In this document: positions 17,177 to 26,787 of the stretch, one piece after another | Numbering within the stretch: the stretch's first letter is position 1 | How the letters are laid out: the number at the start of each line of letters is the position of its first letter | Assembly (NCBI GenBank): GCA_934481345.1 | Contig: CAKSPF010000006.1 | Location: forward strand, 22,770 to 86,769 | DNA length: 64,000 bases | From: an uncultured Clostridia bacterium | GTDB taxonomy: Bacteria; Bacillota; Clostridia; UMGS1810 | Direction of reading: 5' to 3' | Notes under the pieces: model-generated | The model's input: the letters and a program-made list of their open reading frames with translations, nothing else | Told to the model about the DNA's origin: nothing | Databases searched by the model: none | Translations under genes and position numbers: made by a program

Positions 17177-18361
17177 TTACGGTCTTTTTATTACGACCTT
17201 TTCTATCGGACTTACAGGTCTGCATGATGAAAGGCTGTCCCATACAAACACCTTTGCGTATGAAGCGCTGTTTGTATCGTCTGTAATTACATAAATATCT
17301 TTTTTTGCCTCCGTTATCGGGATAACCATGTAATCCACAAGCTTATCCGAGGAGCTGTAGAAAGCTATATGTACAAATTCATTTGTAAGCTCTTTGTCAA
17401 AATTCACATTTATGACAAGCTGACCGTCTACCCTATTAAGAAGTGAGGAGGTGTTGACCGTGTCTTCTGTAGTATACGGATATCCGTATGTCTTGCAGTA
17501 TTCGTAAGCATATGCGTCTGTGGTGGTGTTTATAGTTATATTGCTGTCCTTAAATGCGTCCGCACCTATCTGCGTTACATGATACGGTATATCCAGCGAG
17601 CCGATTGACGTGCAACCCTGAAATGCTTCTGCGCCAATACTTGTAACAAGCTTCGGCAATGTAAAGTTTGTAAGTGCCGAGCATTCTCTGAAAGCCCTTT
17701 CACTTATCGTATCTGTTTTGTAAGACATTGTAACAGTCTTGAGGTTTTTGCATCTGTAAAATGCTCCTTCTCCGATTTTCCTTACATTGTCGTCTAAATT
17801 TATAGACGTAATGCCCGTAAGTGCAAAGCAATAATCCGGTATCCACTGTACCTCGCTTCCGATAAACACAGTTGAAAGTCCCGTGCAGTTATAAAACGCA
17901 GGATATGACGAGCTGCCAGCTTTTTCACATCTCTTCGCATTAAAATAAAGATATTTTAATGATGTACAACCGTAAAATGCTACATTTCCTATTGAGGTTA
18001 CTTTTTCAGGAATTACAACCGTACTGAGTTTGGTGTTATTTGCAAATGCGTATGCGCCTATCTCCGTAACCGTATCGGGGATATTTACAGATGTCGCATT
18101 TGAGCAGCCGTAAAAAGAGTATGAGCCTATGGACTTTACTCCGGAATTAATAACAATTTTTGCGATACCTGCTCTGTAATTATACCAAGGAGCGTCTTCT
18201 TTTGTAGCATAATTCGTCATGTTTCCGTCACCGGATATTGTAAGCGTAGTGTTTGAATCGGTCAGCGACCATGTTACGGCGGCTGACGCGGAAATCATAA
18301 ACAATCCTGTAAAAACAGCAGCCGCGCAAACGGCAATCATAAATTTAATTACTTTTTTCAT
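17177..18361 (-). CDS. Secreted BspA-type leucine-rich-repeat (LRR_5) surface protein
   Basis: Signal peptide MKKVIKFMIAVCAAAVFTGLFMISASA. Repeated units of the form V-x-x-IG-x-x-AF-x-x-C-x-x-L-x-x-V-x-I/P. C-terminal ~90-aa beta-rich domain. Confidence 0.8.
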   Translation of the reverse strand: MKKVIKFMIAVCAAAVFTGLFMISASAAVTWSLTDSNTTLTISGDGNMTNYATKEDAPWYNYRAGIAKIVINSGVKSIGSYSFYGCSNATSVNIPDTVTEIGAYAFANNTKLSTVVIPEKVTSIGNVAFYGCTSLKYLYFNAKRCEKAGSSSYPAFYNCTGLSTVFIGSEVQWIPDYCFALTGITSINLDDNVRKIGEGAFYRCKNLKTVTMSYKTDTISERAFRECSALTNFTLPKLVTSIGAEAFQGCTSIGSLDIPYHVTQIGADAFKDSNITINTTTDAYAYEYCKTYGYPYTTEDTVNTSSLLNRVDGQLVINVNFDKELTNEFVHIAFYSSSDKLVDYMVIPITEAKKDIYVITDDTNSASYAKVFVWDSLSSCRPVSPIEKVVIKRP

Positions 18362-18377
18362 TTGTTTTCCTCCGTTT

Positions 18378-19289
18378 TTATTTATTTTTATCTTTTGTTT
18401 GGTCTGTACCGGCGGTTTTTATAAGCTCGCTTATTGCAGTCGTAAGTCCCGCAAGTCCCTGAAGCTGACTTGGTATAATTATCTTTGTCGCCTTGCCGTC
18501 GGCAGCCTTTTGAAATGCTTCTATACCCTTTAATGCAATTACCGCCTCTGTCAGATTTGCTTCATTAAGTTTTTTTATACCTTCCGCAGTCGCGGTCTGC
18601 ACACTGAGTATTGCCTCCGCTTCACCCTGCGCCTCTCTTATGCGGCTTTCTTTATGTGCGTCCGCACGCAGGATTGCCGCCTCTTTTTCACCCTCGGCGA
18701 CCAAAATAGCAGAGCGTTTTTCACCCTCGGCTTTCAGTATGAGTTCACGGCGTTCTCTTTCCGCCTTCATCTGCCGTTCCATTGCGTCCTGAATTTCCTC
18801 CGGAGGTATTATGTTTTTCAGTTCGACGCGGTTTACCTTTATACCCCACGGATCGGTTGCCTCGTCCAGAATAGCCCGCATTTTTGTATTTACGGTATCG
18901 CGGCTTGTAAGCGTTTCGTCAAGCTCCAGATCGCCTATTATGTTTCTGAGTGTTGTTGCCGTAAGCTTTTCGATAGCGACAATCGGATTATCCACGCCGT
19001 ATGTGTAAAGCTTCGGATCCATTATCTGATAGAAAATAACCGTATCTATCTGCATTGTAACATTATCCTTTGTTATTACCGGCTGCGGTGCGAAATCAAC
19101 AACCAGTTCTTTCAGAGTAACGGTTTTTACCACCTTGTCAATAATCGGAATTTTTGCATGAAGGCCGACTTCCCATGTCTTATGATAAGCGCCGAGTCTT
19201 TCTATTATGGTTGCATGCGCCTGCGGAACAATTCTTACGTTTACAAAAAGTATAACCGCAATTACGGCAATTGCTATAAGTATCCCCAC
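18378..19289 (-). CDS. SPFH/band-7 (stomatin-like) membrane protein
   Basis: N-terminal TM helix, then VRIVPQAHATIIERLGAYHKTWEVGLH and the canonical SPFH core, followed by an Ala/Glu-rich coiled coil. Confidence 0.88.
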   Translation of the reverse strand: MGILIAIAVIAVILFVNVRIVPQAHATIIERLGAYHKTWEVGLHAKIPIIDKVVKTVTLKELVVDFAPQPVITKDNVTMQIDTVIFYQIMDPKLYTYGVDNPIVAIEKLTATTLRNIIGDLELDETLTSRDTVNTKMRAILDEATDPWGIKVNRVELKNIIPPEEIQDAMERQMKAERERRELILKAEGEKRSAILVAEGEKEAAILRADAHKESRIREAQGEAEAILSVQTATAEGIKKLNEANLTEAVIALKGIEAFQKAADGKATKIIIPSQLQGLAGLTTAISELIKTAGTDQTKDKNK

Positions 19290-19312
19290 AAAAAATCATC
19301 CTTTCTCAAAAA

Positions 19313-20560
19313 CTATATTCTTATCTGTCCGTCGCCGGTTACAACATATTTATAGCTTGTAAGCTCTTTTAATCCCATAGGACCTCTTGCGTGCAGCTTT
19401 TGCGTACTTATGCCTATTTCTGCCCCGAAACCGAATTCAAATCCGTCTGTAAATCTGGTTGACGCGTTGACATACACAGCGGCAGCGTCCACATTCTTTG
19501 TAAATTTATCGGCATTTTCCTTATTTTCGGTGATTATACATTCGGAATGTTTGGTAGAGTATTTTGAAATGTGCTCTATTGCTTCATCCACACTGTCCAC
19601 TATTTTTGCACTTATTACATAATCAAGAAATTCGGTTGCATAATCCTCATCGGAGGCCTCTTTTACACATTTTAATTTGTCCATTGTTTTTTTGCAGCCT
19701 ATGATTTTAACATTATGGCTGTCAAACTCTTTTTGCAAAAGTGCGAAAAAGCTTTCGTCAACATCCTTGTGTATTAATAGACTCTCTGCCGCATTGCACA
19801 CGGACGGTCTGCTTGTTTTTGCATTGATGATTATATCCACGGCTTTTTTAATATCGGCTGATTTATCCACATATATATGGCAGTTACCCACACCGGTTTG
19901 TATGACGGGAACCGTAGCATTTTGCACAACTGCATTTATCAGACCTGCTCCTCCGCGCGGAATCAATACATCTATATACTGATTGAGCTTCATCATTTCC
20001 GACGCGCTTTCTCGCGAAGTATCTTTTACAAAGCCTATTGCCGCCCCGTCCGCACCGCATTTATTCAATGCTTCACGCATTATATCCACCAGAACCGTGT
20101 TTGTGTTTACAGCTTCCTTGCCGCCTCTCAAAATAACGGCATTTGACGCTTTAAGGCACAAAACCGCAGTATCAACGGTAACGTTCGGTCTTGCTTCATA
20201 AATAATTCCTATTACTCCGAGCGGCACGCGTTTTTTTTCTATGACAAGTCCGTTCGGTCTTATGAACTTCTCCATTGTTTCGCCGACAGGATCGGGCAAA
20301 TCTGCAACCTTGCGGACGCCGTCGGCAATTGCCAGTATTCGTTCTTCGGTAAGAATCAATCTGTCCTTCATTGCGGAAGAAATGCCTGCCTTTTCGGCGT
20401 TTTCAATATCTTTTTTATTTTTTTTCAAAACAGCATCAATATTATTTGTAATATTTTCCGCTATGCTGTACAGCAATTTATTTTTATCCGCGGAGGTCAT
20501 ACGGTTTAATTGTTCCGCTGCTTTCAGCGCCGCAGCGCCGGTTTTTTCAAGTTCTGTCAT
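19313..20560 (-). CDS. proA: Gamma-glutamyl phosphate reductase
   Basis: 415-aa aldehyde-dehydrogenase fold with ProA-typical motifs (VIGIIYEARPNVT, CNAAESLLIH). 4-nt overlap with proB. Confidence 0.93.
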   Translation of the reverse strand: MTELEKTGAAALKAAEQLNRMTSADKNKLLYSIAENITNNIDAVLKKNKKDIENAEKAGISSAMKDRLILTEERILAIADGVRKVADLPDPVGETMEKFIRPNGLVIEKKRVPLGVIGIIYEARPNVTVDTAVLCLKASNAVILRGGKEAVNTNTVLVDIMREALNKCGADGAAIGFVKDTSRESASEMMKLNQYIDVLIPRGGAGLINAVVQNATVPVIQTGVGNCHIYVDKSADIKKAVDIIINAKTSRPSVCNAAESLLIHKDVDESFFALLQKEFDSHNVKIIGCKKTMDKLKCVKEASDEDYATEFLDYVISAKIVDSVDEAIEHISKYSTKHSECIITENKENADKFTKNVDAAAVYVNASTRFTDGFEFGFGAEIGISTQKLHARGPMGLKELTSYKYVVTGDGQIRI

Positions 20561-21360
20561 TTTACTTCCTCCCTCTCTGTTGAGCGGAAAAGCGTTCCCA
20601 CCTTTTTACCGTCAAGCAAATCATATATAATATACGGATCCGCTCCGTTTAAAATGAACATATCAATACCGCTTTTATTTACTATCTGTGCAGCCGCAAG
20701 CTTTGTTACCATTCCGCCTGTACCGCGCATGCTTCCTGCACCTCCGGCACATTCCTTTACAGACTCATCAACACCCTCCACACAGGATATAAGCTTTGCA
20801 TCGGGATATTTGCCGGGGTCTTTGTCATAAAGACCGTCAATATCCGACAAAATCACAAGCAAATCAGCCCCCAGGAGGTTTGCAACCAGTGCCGACAGAG
20901 TATCGTTATCGCCGAATTCAATCTGCTCGGAGCTGACGGAGTCATTTTCGTTTACAATCGGTATCACACCGAGCCTCAAAAGTGTTTCAAATGTATTTAC
21001 GGCATTGTTTTTTCTGATTTCGTCATCAACAATATCTTTTGTCAAAAGAAGCTGTGCAACGCTGTGATTGTAATCCGCAAACAGACGCGAATAAAAATCC
21101 ATAAGCTCACACTGTCCTATCGCCGCAAGTGCTTGTTTTTCTCTTGTTTCGGAAGGTCTTACCTTTATTCCGAGCTTGCCCATACCTACGCTTATCGCGC
21201 CGCTTGTCACAAGGATAATATCCTTTCCCTGATTTTTGAGATCCGAAAGAACCTTTACTATTTTCTCCACACAGCGGATATTTACACCACCGCCGGCATA
21301 TGTAAGTGTGGATGTTCCCACTTTAAACACTACTCTTTTTGATTTTGCAAGACTGCTCAT
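20557..21360 (-). CDS. proB: Glutamate 5-kinase (short form without PUA domain)
   Basis: VVFKVGTSTLT and an amino-acid-kinase fold. The start was moved to the ATG at 21360, preceded by GAGAGGAA. The ORF track start is 21375. Confidence 0.9.
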   Translation of the reverse strand: MSSLAKSKRVVFKVGTSTLTYAGGGVNIRCVEKIVKVLSDLKNQGKDIILVTSGAISVGMGKLGIKVRPSETREKQALAAIGQCELMDFYSRLFADYNHSVAQLLLTKDIVDDEIRKNNAVNTFETLLRLGVIPIVNENDSVSSEQIEFGDNDTLSALVANLLGADLLVILSDIDGLYDKDPGKYPDAKLISCVEGVDESVKECAGGAGSMRGTGGMVTKLAAAQIVNKSGIDMFILNGADPYIIYDLLDGKKVGTLFRSTEREEVK

Positions 21361-21510
21361 ATAAATTCCTCTCATTTATTATAAAAATATAGTCTTTATA
21401 TTTTTTATTCATTATACAACAACAGGGCTGCCGAAAAACTGCAAAAAGGTATAATATACCCTGCAAAATCCCGAACAACCCTTATGTTTCGTACAAAATA
21501 ATTTATTATA

Positions 21511-21951
21511 CTACTGGCGCAGACCCTCTCTGCACTGTTTGATTTTTTCATTAACACTTTTAACATCTGTTTCTACTCTTTCAAGAAGGTCATCTGCATA
21601 TTTGATAGCGGCAAGTTTTATTTCTCTGCCGTCTTTCTGTGCCTTGGAAATAATATCATTTGCATTGGCTGTAGCCTGTTTGGTTATTTCGTGTTCATCT
21701 ACAAGACCCATGATTTTGTGTTCTGCCTCTTTGATTTTTGCCTCTGCCTGTTTCTGTGCGTCGGATATTATTTTTTTAGAATCCTCGGCAATGGATTTTG
21801 CCACTCTCAATTCATCGGGAAGCTGAAGGCTTATATCATTGATAAGCTCCATAACCTGCTCTTTGTCTATAAAAGTCTTTTTTATAATCGGAATTTCAAA
21901 TCCTTTTTCAATAACTTCTTCAAGCTCACTCAATAATTCTATTACATCCAT
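21511..21951 (-). CDS. Conserved coiled-coil protein of unknown function (ATPase subunit b/H-like annotation class)
   Basis: 146 aa, Glu/Lys/Ala-rich heptad sequence, immediately downstream of coaD. Coding is supported by length and context only. Confidence 0.6.
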   Translation of the reverse strand: MDVIELLSELEEVIEKGFEIPIIKKTFIDKEQVMELINDISLQLPDELRVAKSIAEDSKKIISDAQKQAEAKIKEAEHKIMGLVDEHEITKQATANANDIISKAQKDGREIKLAAIKYADDLLERVETDVKSVNEKIKQCREGLRQ

Positions 21952-21966
21952 CTTTAGTGATCCTCC

Positions 21967-22458
21967 CTAAAACTTATTTTTCATAGCAACAGCGGTAATT
22001 TCTTCTTTCATACTGTCCGGAACAAGCCCGTCGAGGCAGCCGCCGTGTCTTGCAACTTCTTTTACAATACTTGAACTCAAATACTGATATTTTGCACTTG
22101 TCATCATAAACAATGTTTCGATTTTCTTTGAAAGTTTATGATTCATAAGAGCCATCTGAAATTCGTATTCAAAATCCGAAACAGCCCTTAAACCTTTAAT
22201 AATAATACTTGCACCTTTTTCTTCCATATAATCAACCAGAAGTCCGGAAAAAGTATCTACCTCTACGTTGTCCAAATCTTTTATTTCCCTTTTTATCCAT
22301 TCCATCCGCTTCTGTATGGAGAACATAGGTGTCTTTGAACTGTTTACAAGCACCGCCACGAAAACCTTGTCAAAGGTTCTCGACGATCTTCTTATTATAT
22401 CGAGATGCCCGTTGGTGACAGGATCAAAGCTGCCCGGATATACTGCTGTCTTTTTCAT
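21967..22458 (-). CDS. coaD: Phosphopantetheine adenylyltransferase
   Basis: [22 protein letters not shown]. The start was moved to 22458, so the N-terminal extension in the ORF track is spurious. It overlaps the rsmD 3' end by 35 nt. Confidence 0.93.
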   Translation of the reverse strand: MKKTAVYPGSFDPVTNGHLDIIRRSSRTFDKVFVAVLVNSSKTPMFSIQKRMEWIKREIKDLDNVEVDTFSGLLVDYMEEKGASIIIKGLRAVSDFEYEFQMALMNHKLSKKIETLFMMTSAKYQYLSSSIVKEVARHGGCLDGLVPDSMKEEITAVAMKNKF

Positions 22459-22999
22459 TGCCTGCCATATCCTCCAATACATAAATTCTTGCTTTGCCGT
22501 AGATTTTATCCTTAACCGTAATATAACCTTCTGCTTCAACGGAACTTGAACTGTCGCACTCAACGGCAATAATGCCGCCTTGGTTTAAAATCTGCCGCTG
22601 TTTTATAATAAGCAGAACTTCCTCATACAGACCGGCTTTGTATGGCGGATCCAAAAAAATAATGTCATATTTTTTATCCGTTTTTTTCAGAAATCCGATA
22701 CTGTCGCTTGAAACAACCTCCGGTTTATCCTCAAGGCGCGCTTTTTTCAGGTTTGATTTAATCACCCTCAGAGCGTCATCATTGTTATCCACAAAAGTGC
22801 AGCTTTTTGCACCGCGGCTCAGCGCCTCTATACCGAGAGCACCGCTTCCGGCAAACAAATCCAACACATCCGCATCAAGAACATAAGAAAAAATAATATT
22901 AAAAAGTGATTCCTTTACCCTGTCAAGCGTCGGTCTGGTTTCCAGACCGCTCGGACTGTCAAGTTTAAGTCCCCTGAGCATTCCGGAAATAACTCTCAA
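22424..22999 (-). CDS. rsmD: 16S rRNA (guanine966-N2)-methyltransferase RsmD
   Basis: Motifs [19 protein letters not shown] and DPPY. The likely TTG start at 22999 gives M-RVISG and is preceded by AAAGGAG 8 nt upstream. The ORF track start is 23041. Confidence 0.88.
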   Translation of the reverse strand: MRVISGMLRGLKLDSPSGLETRPTLDRVKESLFNIIFSYVLDADVLDLFAGSGALGIEALSRGAKSCTFVDNNDDALRVIKSNLKKARLEDKPEVVSSDSIGFLKKTDKKYDIIFLDPPYKAGLYEEVLLIIKQRQILNQGGIIAVECDSSSSVEAEGYITVKDKIYGKARIYVLEDMAGNEKDSSISGQL

Positions 23000-23065
23000 T
23001 GCGACCGCTCCTTTTGAATACTGCAAATGCATAAATATCATTTTATATACATATACTTGTAATTT

Positions 23066-23094
23066 ATTATATAATCAATCGCTTCAATTGTCAA
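23066..23094 (-). promoter_or_regulatory. Consensus sigma-A promoter of rsmD-coaD
   Basis: On the minus strand: TTGACA, 17 nt, TATAAT. Confidence 0.7.
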
Positions 23095-23135
23095 GTACGA
23101 TTATTGCATTTTATGCACAAAGTCCTTATAAACTG

Positions 23136-23158
23136 CAAAAAGGGCACCTCAGTGCCCG
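23136..23158 (-). terminator. Intrinsic terminator of the EF-G paralogue gene
   Basis: On the minus strand: GGGCAC-TGAG-GTGCCC followed by TTTTTG. Confidence 0.75.
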
Positions 23159-23177
23159 ATTTACAGATTTATATTTA

Positions 23178-25235
23178 TTATTTTTGTGCTTTGGAAAGCT
23201 CTATAACTTTATCAAGAATGTTCGGCGGAACCTCCTCATACTGCTTATGCTTAAATTCAAAGCTTCCCCTGCCGTTTGTAACCGCTCTTAAATCCGTTGC
23301 ATATTTAAGCATTTCCGCTTCGGGAACATATGCTGTTATCTCGGTAATTTTTTCGTTAACCGGATTCATTCCCATTATCCTGCCTCTGCGTCTGTTTATA
23401 TCGCCCACGACATCGCCTGTATAAGAATTCGGAACATATGCTTTGAGTTCTCCTATCGGCTCAAGTATCACGGGTTTTGCCTTTGGCATAGCATCTTTAT
23501 ATGCAAGCGATGCTGCCGTTTTGAATGCAAGCTCCGAGGAATCCACCGGATGATACGAACCGTCCAGGAGCGTCGCTTTTAAATTTACCACGGGGTAACC
23601 TGCAAGAACACCGTTTTTCATACTTTCCTTTATGCCCTTTTCAACTGCCGGGAAGAAATTTTTCGGAACGCTTCCTCCGAATATTTTTTCTTCAAATACA
23701 AGCTCCTCGCTTTCGCACGGTTCAAATTCAATCCACACATGACCGTACTGACCGTGGCCTCCGGATTGTTTTTTATACTTACCCTCAGCCTTTGCTTTTC
23801 CTTTAATTGACTCTCTGTATGCGATACGCGGTTCTTTCAGGTTTACATCCACTCCGAATTTTGTGGCAAGCTTTGAGCATATTACGCTCAGGTGCTGCTC
23901 GCCGGTACCCGATATAACCGTCTGATGAGTTTCTGTATTCTGCACAAGAGAGAATGTTTTGTCCTCGCTTAATAGCTTCGAAAGTCCCGTACTTATTTTT
24001 TCTTCATCACCTTTTGCTTTGGGTTCTATCGCCATAGAAAGCACCGGCGGAGGAAAGGCAATAGGCTCAGTAACAACATTGAGCGGCAAGGCGCAAAGAG
24101 TATCCGAAGTTTCCGCATATATAAGCTTTGCGGTTACTCCTATATCGCCTGCTGTTACAGCCTGCGTTTCGGTCTGTTTTTTTCCTCTTATAAAATACAG
24201 TTTTCCTATCTTTTCTTCCTTTGATTTTTTTGCATTTACAAGAACCGTATCCGGCTTCAATACACCCGACAAAACTTTAAAATAAGACATTTTGCCTACA
24301 TAGCTGTCTACAACCGTTTTAAAAATTTTTATTACGGCAGGCTTTGAGCTGTCACATTCTATTTCTTCAATTTCTCCGCTTTTTGTATTCTCGGCTTCCG
24401 CCGCTTCACATTCTGCCGGAGAAGGCATATAATCAGCAACAGTATTTAAAAGATGTGTTATTCCTATATTGGAATGTACGCTGCCGCATATTACCGGAAC
24501 AACCGTAGAATCATTTATTCCGACTTTAAGCGCCTGTTTTATTTCATCTTCGGTAAACTCACCGCCGTCAAAATATTTCTGCATCAGTTCCTCGCTTACC
24601 TCTGCAACGGCCTCCAAAAGTATATCGCGGCTCCTTGAAGCAATGTCCCTGAAGTTTTCCGGTATTTCTTCGTATGTAGCATTTTCGCCTTTAAACATTT
24701 TTGCGCGCATTTTTATTACATCTACAAATCCCGTAAGTGCGTCGCCTTCCTTTATGGGAAATGTAAACGGCGCTATGCATTTGCCGAATATGGAGTTTAA
24801 TTCTTCTATTACTTTGGAATAATTGGCTTTTATGTCGTCAAGTTTATTTACAAACACGATTTTCGGTTTGCCCTCTGCGAGCTTCCAGGCACGTTCCGTT
24901 CCGGCGCTTACTCCCGATTTACCGCTTACGACTATGAGTGCATTCTCACATACGCTTGCCGCTTCGAGCTGCTCTCCCACAAAGTCGGATGTTCCCGGGG
25001 TATCAAGAAAATTTATTTTTACGTTATTCCATTCAATAGGTATTACAGAGGTGTTTATTGAAATTTTTCTTTTAATTTCTTCCAGGTCAAAATCCGACGC
25101 TGTATTTCCGTCTTCGGTACGTCCGACTCTTTCAATGATTTTTGCTTTTTTGAGCATTGCCTCGCAAAGCGAGGTTTTTCCTGCATTGGAGTGTGCCGCA
25201 ATGCACACGTTTCTTATGTTTTTGGTATCAATCAT
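23178..25235 (-). CDS. Elongation factor G paralogue (EF-G II-like translational GTPase) with divergent G1 and G3 motifs
   Basis: 685 aa with five-domain EF-G architecture. G1 reads AAHSNAGKTS (canonical AHxDxGKT). G3 reads DTPGTSDF (canonical DTPGHxDF). G4 NKLD is intact. The RBS GGAGGAAGGGAAAG is strong. The gene has its own terminator. Confidence 0.88.
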   Translation of the reverse strand: MIDTKNIRNVCIAAHSNAGKTSLCEAMLKKAKIIERVGRTEDGNTASDFDLEEIKRKISINTSVIPIEWNNVKINFLDTPGTSDFVGEQLEAASVCENALIVVSGKSGVSAGTERAWKLAEGKPKIVFVNKLDDIKANYSKVIEELNSIFGKCIAPFTFPIKEGDALTGFVDVIKMRAKMFKGENATYEEIPENFRDIASRSRDILLEAVAEVSEELMQKYFDGGEFTEDEIKQALKVGINDSTVVPVICGSVHSNIGITHLLNTVADYMPSPAECEAAEAENTKSGEIEEIECDSSKPAVIKIFKTVVDSYVGKMSYFKVLSGVLKPDTVLVNAKKSKEEKIGKLYFIRGKKQTETQAVTAGDIGVTAKLIYAETSDTLCALPLNVVTEPIAFPPPVLSMAIEPKAKGDEEKISTGLSKLLSEDKTFSLVQNTETHQTVISGTGEQHLSVICSKLATKFGVDVNLKEPRIAYRESIKGKAKAEGKYKKQSGGHGQYGHVWIEFEPCESEELVFEEKIFGGSVPKNFFPAVEKGIKESMKNGVLAGYPVVNLKATLLDGSYHPVDSSELAFKTAASLAYKDAMPKAKPVILEPIGELKAYVPNSYTGDVVGDINRRRGRIMGMNPVNEKITEITAYVPEAEMLKYATDLRAVTNGRGSFEFKHKQYEEVPPNILDKVIELSKAQK

Positions 25236-25614
25236 CTTTCCCTTCCTCCTTGTCCTTACACGAATAAGAATAATTTATTCTTTTTAATTTATATGAGAAA
25301 ACCGCTTTTAAAAACTCATATTTTAATAAAAAGATTTCTATATAACAATGTTCGGTATTTTATTTTCTTTTCCTTTTTTAAACAAAATAAATATACAACA
25401 AAATTTGTTTGAATTTTATGTGAATATTTCACAAACAAAGTGATTTACATAGTATTTTTTTGAATTTTTTTACCAAAAAAGTTGTAATAATTATTTATTT
25501 AAAATATTAATTTTGTCTGTTTTAAAACAAATATTTTTTGACGCGGAAATAAAACTTTTAAAAAAAGGTCTTTACAAAACTACTTCTTTATAGTAATGTA
25601 TTTGTAAAAGACTT

Positions 25615-26751
25615 TTGGAGATGATATGCTTGAACAACTCAATATTGTGGATGTGGCTTAATCAAAAAACCGAGATAAGCCGCACAAAACAATTAAAATT
25701 GTTTAAAGAATTTAAAAGTATTGAGGCAATTTATGCAGCAGGCGTATCGGATTTTTCAAAATATGATTTTTTAAGTGAAAGAGAAATAAACAATCTGTGT
25801 ACCAAAAATGCAGATGAAATGAATTATGAATATGAACTTCTTAAAAAACACAATTCATTTATAATTTCAATAGATTCCGAAAACTATCCGCAAATGCTTA
25901 AAGAAATATCCGACCCTCCTACGGTTCTTTATTGCAGAGGAAATAATATAAATCTTAATGACAGACTGTGCATTGCCGTTGTAGGAACAAGGAAAGCTAC
26001 CGTTTACGGAAAAAGCGTTGCATTTAATTTATCCAGAAATCTTGCCTCGCAGGGTGTTGTGATAGTCAGCGGCATGGCAATGGGTATAGATTCCAAGGCA
26101 CATGAAGGCGCGATCTTTGCAAAAGCCCCGACAGTTGCGGTTATAGGATGCGGTGTAAATGTGGTTTATCCCAAAGTGAATTCGGAACTTATGCGAAATA
26201 TAATTAAAACCGGTATGGTAATAAGTGAATATCCGCTCGGTTCAAGACCTGCCAAATTCCACTTTCCGGAAAGAAACAGAATTATATCGGGTTTATGTCA
26301 GGGCACTGTGGTTGTCGAAGCCGATATAAAAAGCGGTTCTCTTATAACTGCCAAATCTTCATATGAACAGGGACGCGATGTTTTTGCCGTTCCCGGAAAT
26401 ATTAATTCTCTGTATTCTAAAGGTACAAATTATCTTATAAAAGACGGCGCAAGAGTTTTAACCTGCGACGAAGACGTTTTGTCGTATTACCGTCTTGATT
26501 ATGCGGAAAAACTCATAAATTCTTCTTTTGAATATGAGAGAGTGCCGGAAGATGATATAAATGAAAACGAAACAAACGGGAAAGCTCCCGAAGACATTAT
26601 TCTTTCCGTTATTTCCGAAGCGCCGGTTCATATTGATACCATATGTGAAAAATCCGGTCTTGACCTCGGATATATAAACTCGGTGCTGATGCTTATGGAG
26701 CTGAGAGGAAAAATAATCAAACTTCCCGGAGGCTTTTATCAAAAATCCTGA
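25615..26751 (+). CDS. dprA: DNA processing protein DprA (Smf)
   Basis: Rossmann-like core VVGTRKATVYGKSVAFNLSRNLASQGVVIVSGMAMGIDSKAHEGA plus a C-terminal winged-helix domain. The exact start is uncertain: TTG 25615, ATG 25621 or TTG 25630. Confidence 0.9.
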   Translation: MEMICLNNSILWMWLNQKTEISRTKQLKLFKEFKSIEAIYAAGVSDFSKYDFLSEREINNLCTKNADEMNYEYELLKKHNSFIISIDSENYPQMLKEISDPPTVLYCRGNNINLNDRLCIAVVGTRKATVYGKSVAFNLSRNLASQGVVIVSGMAMGIDSKAHEGAIFAKAPTVAVIGCGVNVVYPKVNSELMRNIIKTGMVISEYPLGSRPAKFHFPERNRIISGLCQGTVVVEADIKSGSLITAKSSYEQGRDVFAVPGNINSLYSKGTNYLIKDGARVLTCDEDVLSYYRLDYAEKLINSSFEYERVPEDDINENETNGKAPEDIILSVISEAPVHIDTICEKSGLDLGYINSVLMLMELRGKIIKLPGGFYQKS

Positions 26752-26787
26752 AAATAAATTATTTATATAGAAAGCAAGGAGTACAAA

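Noticed and set aside
21376-21510. Possible T-box or attenuator leader upstream of proBA.
   Set aside because: The spacer is only 135 nt. It is accounted for by a weak hairpin with a T run ending the upstream gene (about 21447-21470) and a TATAAT promoter. No T-box sequence was seen.
23178-25235. Calling the EF-G paralogue a Tet(M)/Tet(O)-type ribosomal protection (tetracycline resistance) protein.
   Set aside because: Tet(M)-type proteins retain DTPGH and AHVDAGKT and are about 640 aa. This protein is 685 aa, has different G motifs and has no mobile-element context. Resistance should not be inferred.
25236-25614. The AT-rich divergent spacer as an alternative replication origin, because the strand switch occurs here.
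   Set aside because: It has no consensus or one-mismatch DnaA box and no trio array. The best match, TGTGAATAT, has two mismatches. The dnaA-dnaN spacer has the full module.
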